DNA of 10,937 nucleotides from the NCBI GenBank assembly GCA_039714075.1, contig JBDLKA010000115.1:1-10937 (forward strand). Direction: 5' to 3'. How positions within the stretch are numbered: position 1 is the stretch's first letter; each line of letters begins with the position of its first letter. A program made the position numbers and the translations under genes. Below, piece after piece: positions 1 through 5,909 of this stretch. Source of the stretch: Candidatus Krumholzibacteriota bacterium (lineage in GTDB: Bacteria > Krumholzibacteriota > Krumholzibacteriia > LZORAL124-64-63). A model generated the notes under the pieces. The model did no database searches. It saw only the letters and a list, made by a program, of their open reading frames with translations, and was not told the DNA's origin.

Positions 1-537
1 TGCGCCACCTGCGACGGGTTCTTTTTCAACGGACAGGAAATCGCCGTGGTCGGCGGCGGGGACACCGCCCTCGAGGAAGCCGTGTTCCTGACCAACTTCG
101 CTTCCAAGGTTACCCTGATCCACCGGCGGGATGAGCTGCGCGGCTCGAAGATCATGCAGGAGCGCGCATTGAACCATCCCAAGATCGAGATGGCCTGGAA
201 CAGCGTCATCGACAGCTACGTCCCCGATGAAAACGGTAACTTGGTGGCCCTCAAGCTGAAGGACACGCAGGACGGCTCGCTGCGGGATCTGCCGGTGACC
301 GGTTGCTTCATTGCCATCGGCCACACGCCCAACACGGCCTTCCTGGACAGCCAGCTGGACATGGACGACAACGGGTACCTGATCACCAAGGCCGACCGGA
401 CCGCCACCAACGTCGAGGGTGTGTTCGCCTGCGGCGACGTGCAGGACCACTACTACCGGCAGGCCATTACCTCTGCCGGTACCGGCTGTATGGCGGCCAT
501 CGAAGCTGAGCGGTGGTTGGGGGAGAAAGGGCTGTAG
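1..537 (+). CDS. trxB: Thioredoxin-disulfide reductase, 5'-truncated by the window edge
   Basis: Frame 1 from base 1 reads CATCDGFFFNGQEIAVVGGGDTALEEA (CxxC active site plus NADPH-binding GGGxxA), then HRRD, IGHTPNT and GVFACGDVQDHYYRQAITSAGTGC. Stop TAG at 535-537. Confidence 0.97.
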   Translation, partial: CATCDGFFFNGQEIAVVGGGDTALEEAVFLTNFASKVTLIHRRDELRGSKIMQERALNHPKIEMAWNSVIDSYVPDENGNLVALKLKDTQDGSLRDLPVTGCFIAIGHTPNTAFLDSQLDMDDNGYLITKADRTATNVEGVFACGDVQDHYYRQAITSAGTGCMAAIEAERWLGEKGL

Positions 538-650
538 GTCCGCCGGGCATATAGGGACCGCACACACAAGGACCTCCTTCCCGCTTAGGTTTCACATGCG
601 CGGGAAGGAGGTCCTTGTGTGTGCGGTCCCTATATGTCAGGGGGATCTAC
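534..650 (+). repeat. Long hairpin element, copy 1 (GTAG...CTAC, 117 nt)
   Basis: Perfect 37-bp inverted repeat 548-584 / 600-636 around the 15-nt loop TTAGGTTTCACATGC (585-599). Outer imperfect inverted repeat TGTAGGTCC / GGATCTACA. Confidence 0.95.
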
Positions 651-721
651 AACCATCCCCCAGCCACCTTGCAAGGTAGTGCTGACCCGGGTTCGGCAAG
701 CGGGGGGCGGAGCGGGGTGGA

Positions 722-750
722 TTGACATGATTTTGTTGGGGTGCAAAAAT
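722..750 (+). promoter_or_regulatory. Possible sigma70 promoter of the sulfatase-like gene
   Basis: Consensus TTGACA at 722-727, 17-nt spacer ending TGC, then AAAAAT at 745-750 (imperfect -10), about 40 nt before ATG 793. Confidence 0.35.
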
Positions 751-792
751 ACACGGCAAAGCCATTGCCCCGAAACTTGGGAAAACGATTCA

Positions 793-2142
793 ATGCCAAT
801 CCGGTTGTTGCTTGCTGTTCTGTTCCTTAGCCTGGTCACCGGTTGCGATCGGCAGCCGGACTCCCGGCCGATGAACCTGATCATCGTACTGGTTGACACC
901 CTGCGCGCCGACCATCTTCACTACCACGGCTATCCTCGCGATACTTCGCCCCGGATCGATCAATTTGCCGCGAACTCCCAGGTTTTCCTGAGTCACCAGG
1001 CCTCTTCTTCACGAACGGGCCCGTCGGTGGCCAGCATCTTCACCGGATTGTTTCCCCGCAGCCACGGTGTCATCAATCCGCTGACCAGCTTCGACGCCAA
1101 AGGCGTGCTAAACAAAGACCAGACCACCATGGCGGAAATCCTGTCCGCGCAGGGGTACGAGTGTTTTGGATACACCGCCAACCTGAACGCCTCCGGACGG
1201 TTCGGATTCGCCCAGGGTTTCAGGGAATACCAGCTGTTGATTACCGGCAGTGCCACCGATATCCGGCGGCGGGCGGTCAAGGTGCTCGGCGAATCCCGCG
1301 ACCGGCCCTTTTTCCTTTACCTTCACTTCATGGAACCGCACAGCCCCTACCACGCCCCCGCGGGTTACGATTCCCTTTTCGTTGATCCCGAATATGGCGG
1401 TCTTATCACCGGCCGGCACCGGCAGCTCGACAAGATCGTGGTCGGCAAATTGAAGGTCGACGACGCCGATGTGGCGCAGATGGAGGCCCTCTACGATCAG
1501 GAAATACGCTACATGGACGATGAGTTCGGTTTTCTGGTCGACTTCCTGGCCGAGCAGGGCTTAGGAGACAATACGCTAGTGGTGTTCATTGCCGACCATG
1601 GCGAGGAATTTCTGGAGCACGGTTCCGCCCTGCACGGCTACACCTTGTACCAGGAGCAGCTTCACGTTCCGTTCATCATTCATGACCCTAGCCGGCCGAC
1701 TGGGCAACGCCTCGATTCGGTCACCCGCCACGTCGACGTGCTACCGACTTTGCTGGAGATGCTCCATATCAATTACGACCAGTCGGGGCAGGGCCAGAGC
1801 CTTGTGCCCCTGCTTGATGGCCGTGACAGCGGCGAGGAAGAGGTCGATGTCCTTGCCGAGGTCAGCTTGATGGCCATCAAAACAGTACGCCAGCGGTCAC
1901 TGACGGTGGGCGACTGGAAGCTTATCGAGGGAATCATCCCCAAGGAGACGGTGGAGCTTTACGACCTGCGCCAGGACCCGGGCGAGCAGCAAAATCTTGC
2001 TGCAATAGACTCCGCCAAAACGGAAGAACTGCGCACCCGACTAGCCGACCTGCTCGCTTCCCTGCCTGCGGCCAAGGGCACGACCACCATACTCAGCGAA
2101 AAAGAGATCCAAAAGCTACGTTCCCTTGGTTATGTGAGATAG
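793..2142 (+). CDS. Sulfatase-like (alkaline phosphatase superfamily) hydrolase, predicted lipoprotein
   Basis: ATG 793 gives MPIRLLLAVLFLSLVTG-C (signal peptide plus lipobox). Motifs VLVDTLRADHL, RTGPSVASIFTG, PFFLYLHFMEPHSPY, ADHGEEFLEHG..HG, ELYDL..DPGE and C-terminal LRSLGY. The ORF is open from 619, but 793 is preferred because of the signal peptide. Confidence 0.88.
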   Translation: MPIRLLLAVLFLSLVTGCDRQPDSRPMNLIIVLVDTLRADHLHYHGYPRDTSPRIDQFAANSQVFLSHQASSSRTGPSVASIFTGLFPRSHGVINPLTSFDAKGVLNKDQTTMAEILSAQGYECFGYTANLNASGRFGFAQGFREYQLLITGSATDIRRRAVKVLGESRDRPFFLYLHFMEPHSPYHAPAGYDSLFVDPEYGGLITGRHRQLDKIVVGKLKVDDADVAQMEALYDQEIRYMDDEFGFLVDFLAEQGLGDNTLVVFIADHGEEFLEHGSALHGYTLYQEQLHVPFIIHDPSRPTGQRLDSVTRHVDVLPTLLEMLHINYDQSGQGQSLVPLLDGRDSGEEEVDVLAEVSLMAIKTVRQRSLTVGDWKLIEGIIPKETVELYDLRQDPGEQQNLAAIDSAKTEELRTRLADLLASLPAAKGTTTILSEKEIQKLRSLGYVR

Positions 2143-2155
2143 GCGGCAAAGGGCT

Positions 2156-2272
2156 GTAGGTCCGCCGGGCAGAAAGATCCCCTCAACACATCGACCCGCC
2201 TCCCGCTTAGGTTTCACATGCGCTGGAGGCGGGTCGATGTGTTGAGGGGATCTTCCCGTCCGGGGGAGCTAC
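2156..2272 (+). repeat. Long hairpin element, copy 2 (GTAG...CTAC, 117 nt)
   Basis: Perfect 30-bp inverted repeat 2174-2203 / 2225-2254, one mismatch, 2 more bp, then the same loop TTAGGTTTCACATGC (2207-2221). The 24-nt left flank 2148-2171 is identical to 526-549. Confidence 0.95.
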
Positions 2273-2273
2273 A

Positions 2274-2305
2274 CCCCCCACTTTTCAAGGGGGGGGTTCT
2301 GTCTT
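2274..2305 (+). terminator. Possible weak intrinsic terminator
   Basis: C6 (2274-2279) can pair with the G-run 2289-2296 and is followed by TTCTGTCTT. Lies between the convergent sulfatase and folE genes. Confidence 0.3.
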
Positions 2306-2324
2306 GGTTTCGGTAATCGGTGGT

Positions 2325-2419
2325 GCAGGAGCGGGGAGCCCGGCCACATGTGGGACCCAGTGGCGCATGTGAAACCTAAGCCAATGGGTCCCACATGTGG
2401 CCGGGCTCCCCGCTCCTAC
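2325..2419 (-). repeat. Long hairpin element, copy 3 (inverted, 95 nt)
   Basis: Perfect 33-bp inverted repeat 2327-2359 / 2385-2417, one mismatch, 4 more bp. Loop GCATGTGAAACCTAA (2365-2379) is the exact reverse complement of the loop in copies 1 and 2. Ends TGCAG...CTACA. Confidence 0.95.
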
Positions 2420-2420
2420 A

Positions 2421-2969
2421 TCAGGGCTTCTCCCGAATCAACGTCAGGAATTCCCCGCGAGTTTTGGGGTCGTTTTTGAAGCACCCGAGCATTTCACTGG
2501 TCACCGCATAACTGTTCTGCTTCTGGATGCCGCGCATCATCATGCACAGGTGCTGGGCGTGCAGAACGACGGCCACGCCGAGAGGCTCGAGATTTTCCAT
2601 GAGGCAGGTGGCGATCTGGGCGGTCATTCGTTCCTGAACCTGTAGCCGGCGGGCATAGGTATCCACCACCCGGGCAATCTTGGAGAGGCCGACGATCTTG
2701 CCGTTGGGAATGTAGGCCACGTGCGCCTTGCCGAAGAACGGCAGCATGTGATGCTCGCAGACACTGAAAAAATCGATGTCGTTGACCAGGATCATCTCTT
2801 TGCCCTCGGCTTCGAACACCGCGCTGCGCACCATGGCGCCCGGGTTCTTGCCGTATCCGTTGGCGATTTCCTTCCAGGCCTTGGCCACCCGTTCGGGTGT
2901 CTTGACCAGACCCTCGCGTTCGGGGTCTTCACCGATCTTGACCAACATTTCCCGTACCAGCTTGTCCAT
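2421..2969 (-). CDS. folE: GTP cyclohydrolase I
   Basis: [53 protein letters not shown] and HLCMMMRG (Zn ligands). ATG at 2969 is preceded by a GGAGGAG RBS. Confidence 0.97.
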   Translation of the reverse strand: MDKLVREMLVKIGEDPEREGLVKTPERVAKAWKEIANGYGKNPGAMVRSAVFEAEGKEMILVNDIDFFSVCEHHMLPFFGKAHVAYIPNGKIVGLSKIARVVDTYARRLQVQERMTAQIATCLMENLEPLGVAVVLHAQHLCMMMRGIQKQNSYAVTSEMLGCFKNDPKTRGEFLTLIREKP

Positions 2970-3288
2970 GAAGGGACTCCTCCGGAATCCTGATCGTTTC
3001 TTGCAAGGTGCAACGGCTGCGGATTCTTTCTTGGGAATCCCAGCCCTGAAAAACCCGCCACTTTGGCGGCAAACCACGGCAAAAGCAAAGATCAAGGCAC
3101 TTCAGCCATCCGTCAAGGCGGCACCGGCAACATATTCAACTCAGGCACGGTCCCTGCACCGGTGGGTCAGGCAATATCCATTTTCATGCATATTGCCGAA
3201 ACAAGGGCCGAACGACGTTTTGGTGTCGAAGAATCGCTCCCCCCGATTCCTGACCCGAGGTCGGTGCGGCCCTTATTTCGTTCCCTTC

Positions 3289-3376
3289 TAAATACTGATA
3301 TTACAATTCATTATCAGATTTTTTACAACTTGCTTTGGTTTATTCAAAAATTACCTTTGCCCTTGATATCCAAGGG
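3289..3376. promoter_or_regulatory. AT-rich divergent promoter region for folE / nfnAB
   Basis: Strongly AT-rich island between divergent genes in a GC-rich context. Inverted repeats CTGATA-N11-TATCAG (3295-3317) and CCCTTG-N5-CAAGGG (3360-3376). Confidence 0.55.
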
Positions 3377-3416
3377 TTCGTCCAGCTTTGGTCCCGCCCC
3401 AGACAAGGAGCCTGCC

Positions 3417-4283
3417 GTGGGAAACAAAATAGTGTACGTCAAGGAGCTAGCTCCCCTCACCAAACTTTTCGAAGTTGAGGCCCCGCACATTGCCGAACGC
3501 GGCAAGGCCGGGCAGTTCATCATTCTTCGGGTGAACGACGAGGGGGAACGCATTCCGCTGACCATCGCCAACCGCAACCCTGAAAAGGGAACCATCACCC
3601 TGGTCTTCCAGGAAGTCGGTAAGACAACGGAGATGCTGGGACTGATGGACGTGGGCGACGAGATCCACGACCTGGCCGGTCCCCTGGGCAAGGCCACGGA
3701 TATTCCCGAGGGCAAGACCGTGGTCTGTGTCGGCGGCGGCATCGGCAACGCGGTGGTCTGGCCCCAGGTCCAGGCACTCAAGGCGGCGGGCAACCGGGTG
3801 GTCGCCATCCTCGGCGCGCGCACGAAGGATCTCCTCATTCTCGAGGAAGAAGTCACCGCCCTGGCCGACCTGACCATCGTCACCACCGACGACGGCAGCT
3901 ACGGCCGCAAGGGTATGGTCACCCACGCCCTGGTCGATCTGATCGACGAGGGCGAAACGATCGACGAAGTCATCACCATCGGTCCGGTGGTCATGATGAA
4001 GTTCGTCTGCAAGACCACCGAACCGTTCGGCATTCCGACCCAGGCCTCACTCAACCCGCTGATGGTCGACGGCACCGGCATGTGCGGCGCCTGCCGGGTG
4101 ACGGTGGACGGCAAGACCAGGTTCGCCTGCGTCGAGGGCCCCGAGTTCAACGGCCACCAGGTCGATTTCGACGAGTTGATCACCCGCCTGGCCTACTACC
4201 AGCCGGAAGAACGTTCGTCGTTGGAAGATTACCACCGCTGCCGCATGGAAGAAGCGGCCGACAACCTGCCCAGCAACCAGTAA
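3417..4283 (+). CDS. nfnA: NfnA/SudB-type FAD/NAD-binding [2Fe-2S] subunit of NADH-dependent ferredoxin:NADP+ oxidoreductase
   Basis: AAGGAG RBS then GTG 3417. Motifs GQFIILR..GERIPLTI, GPLG, VGGGIG, TDDGSYG.KG, IGPVVMM and DGTGMCGACRV...ACVEGPEF (Asp/Cys3 2Fe-2S motif). Directly upstream of the large subunit. Confidence 0.88.
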   Translation: MGNKIVYVKELAPLTKLFEVEAPHIAERGKAGQFIILRVNDEGERIPLTIANRNPEKGTITLVFQEVGKTTEMLGLMDVGDEIHDLAGPLGKATDIPEGKTVVCVGGGIGNAVVWPQVQALKAAGNRVVAILGARTKDLLILEEEVTALADLTIVTTDDGSYGRKGMVTHALVDLIDEGETIDEVITIGPVVMMKFVCKTTEPFGIPTQASLNPLMVDGTGMCGACRVTVDGKTRFACVEGPEFNGHQVDFDELITRLAYYQPEERSSLEDYHRCRMEEAADNLPSNQ

Positions 4284-4295
4284 AGGAGGACCGGC

Positions 4296-5780
4296 ATGAA
4301 CGACACACCGAAAAAACCGAAGAAGGTCCTCAACAAGGCGAAGACCAAGACCCCCATGCGGGAACAGGCCCCCATGGACCGGATCATGAACTTCGAAGAG
4401 GTGCCCCTGGGCTACAACGAGGTCGAAGCCCAGCAGGAAGCCCTGCGTTGCATCGACTGCAAGAACAAGCCCTGCATTGAAGGATGCCCGGTGGGCATCG
4501 ACATCCCCGCCTTCCTGAACCTGGTGGGCCAGAAGGATTTCGAGGGCGCCCTGAAGAAGATCAAGGAAAAGAACTTCCTGCCCGCCATCTGCGGCCGCGT
4601 CTGTCCCCAGGAAGACCAGTGCGAGATGGTCTGCACGCTCAACAAGCCCGACAAGGGCCGCGAGCCCGGCGGCGTCGGACGCGTGGAGCGCTTCCTCGGC
4701 GACTACGCCGTGGAGCACAATCTGGACATCATGCCGGACATCGCGGCGAAGACGGGCAAGACCGTGGCTATCATCGGCTCCGGCCCCGCCGGCCTGACCG
4801 CGGCCAGCGACATGATCCAGAAGGGTCACGACGTCACCGTATTCGAGGCGCTGCACAAACCGGGCGGCGTGCTGTTCTACGGCATCCCCCAGTTCCGGCT
4901 GCCCAAGGAGATCCTCCTGCGGGAGGTCAGCGGCCTGGAGAAGATGGGCGTGAAGTTCGTCATGAACTATCCCGTGGGCAAAGCCGAGAGTCTGGACAGC
5001 GTCCGCGATAGGTTCGATGTGGTTTTCATCGCCACCGGCGCGGGGCTGCCCTGGTTCCTGGGTATCCCCGGGGAGAACCTCAACGGCGTCTACAGCGCGA
5101 ACGAGTTCCTGACGCGCGTGAACCTGATGGGCGGATACAAATTCCCCAACGGTTCGGACACGCCGGTCAAGAAGATCAAGCGCATCGCCGTCATCGGCGC
5201 GGGCAACACGGCCATGGACAGCGCCCGGACGGCCAAGAGGCTGCAGCCGGAGGTCGTGTACCTGGTGTACCGCCGCAGCCGGCTGGAGATGCCCGCGCGG
5301 ATCGAGGAGATCCACCACGCCGAAGAGGAAGGCATCGATTTCAACCTGCTGCATTCCCCCATCGAGATCATCGATGACGGGAAGGGCGCCGTGGGCGCCA
5401 TCCTCTGCCAGGAGATGGAACTGGGCGAGCCCGACGACAGCGGGCGCCGCCGCCCCGTGCCCATCGAGGGCAAGGTGCGCGAGTTCGCGGTCGACACGGT
5501 GGTCATCGCCATCGGGCAGGGCCCGAATCCCCTGCTTTCGGCGGACTGTCCCGAGTTGGAACGGAACGAGCGGAAGGGCACGATCGTCATCAACGACGTC
5601 ATGCAGACGAGCTTCGAGAACGTCTTTGCCGGCGGCGACATCGTCACCGGCGGGGCGACGGTCATCCTGGCCATGGGCCAGGGCCGGGTCGCGGCCGACG
5701 CCATGCATCGGTACCTGATGACCGGAAATCCGCAGGATACGGAAGGCGACCAAAGCGAGGTTTGCCCAAACCTGACCTGA
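4296..5780 (+). CDS. nfnB: NfnB/SudA-type (GltD-like) NADPH-dependent FAD, 2x[4Fe-4S] subunit
   Basis: AGGAGG RBS. Motifs RCIDCKNKPCIEGCP, CGRVCPQEDQCEMVC, IIGSGPAGL, YGIPQFRLP, VIGAGNTAMD, VYRRS and FAGGDIVTGGATVILAMGQG. Paired with nfnA and no gltB nearby. Confidence 0.88.
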   Translation: MNDTPKKPKKVLNKAKTKTPMREQAPMDRIMNFEEVPLGYNEVEAQQEALRCIDCKNKPCIEGCPVGIDIPAFLNLVGQKDFEGALKKIKEKNFLPAICGRVCPQEDQCEMVCTLNKPDKGREPGGVGRVERFLGDYAVEHNLDIMPDIAAKTGKTVAIIGSGPAGLTAASDMIQKGHDVTVFEALHKPGGVLFYGIPQFRLPKEILLREVSGLEKMGVKFVMNYPVGKAESLDSVRDRFDVVFIATGAGLPWFLGIPGENLNGVYSANEFLTRVNLMGGYKFPNGSDTPVKKIKRIAVIGAGNTAMDSARTAKRLQPEVVYLVYRRSRLEMPARIEEIHHAEEEGIDFNLLHSPIEIIDDGKGAVGAILCQEMELGEPDDSGRRRPVPIEGKVREFAVDTVVIAIGQGPNPLLSADCPELERNERKGTIVINDVMQTSFENVFAGGDIVTGGATVILAMGQGRVAADAMHRYLMTGNPQDTEGDQSEVCPNLT

Positions 5781-5835
5781 TTCCGTATATAGAAGATATG
5801 ATTCCAGTCGGACCTGCATTCCGGCGGGGATTGAT

Positions 5836-5876
5836 CACCTCCCGAGGTTTCGACCCTGGGAGGTGTTCGCTTTTTT
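5836..5876 (+). terminator. Intrinsic terminator after nfnAB
   Basis: Stem CACCTCCC (5836-5843) / GGGAGGTG (5858-5865) with an inner GGT-TTCG-ACC hairpin, followed by TTCGCTTTTTT. Confidence 0.7.
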
Positions 5877-5887
5877 GGGGGGAGACC

Positions 5888-5909
5888 TCAGGTCAGGTCA
5901 GGTCAGGTC
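5888..5909. repeat. Pentanucleotide tandem repeat (TCAGG)4TC spanning the purN stop codon
   Basis: TCAGGTCAGGTCAGGTCAGGTC read directly from the sequence. Confidence 0.85.

Noticed and set aside
534..650. Plain intrinsic terminators as an explanation for the long hairpins
   Set aside because: No U-tract follows the stems, the stems are far longer than needed, and termination would not explain an invariant 15-nt loop.
534..2419. CRISPR array interpretation of the repeated 19-nt core
   Set aside because: Copies are dispersed, one is inverted, the variable parts are self-complementary arms rather than spacers, and no cas genes are present.
534..2419. Integron attC sites
   Set aside because: No RYYYAAC/GTTRRRY ends or extrahelical-base pattern, conservation lies in the loop, and there is no integrase in the window.
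3204..3273. Canonical tRNA-Gly(CCC)
   Set aside because: Lacks the TTCR T-loop, U8/A14, purine 37, the variable region and CCA. Kept only as an unclassified structure.
2970..3290. Known riboswitch (ZTP, THF, c-di-GMP, cobalamin) or SRP RNA
   Set aside because: Only short fragments resemble these (GGGGAGCGA, GGCAAACC, GGTCAGG). The required conserved cores are not present by eye.
2970..3416. N-terminal extensions of folE (to 3095) and nfnA (from 3063) in the ORF track
   Set aside because: Strong RBSs mark the shorter starts, and the extensions overlap each other and the promoter region and lack family motifs.
4296..5780. Glutamate synthase small subunit (gltD) call
   Set aside because: No large subunit is adjacent, and tight pairing with an NfnA/SudB-type gene fits NfnAB better.
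4047..5819. 590-aa antisense ORF, and similar shadow ORFs such as 6548-7588 and 9234-10232
   Set aside because: They lie opposite well-supported genes, show no recognisable motifs, and are expected from stop-codon scarcity in high-GC DNA.
5783..5840. Purine riboswitch-like string (CGTATA...ATATG...ACC...CCG) before the terminator
   Set aside because: P2 and P3 do not pair, the GTTTCTAC and GACTA core is absent, and there is no downstream sense gene.
5836..5865. Possible fourth degenerate hairpin copy (CCTCCCG-AGGTTTC)
   Set aside because: Only 7 nt match the loop, there are no GTAG ends and the stem is short. Adequately explained as a terminator.
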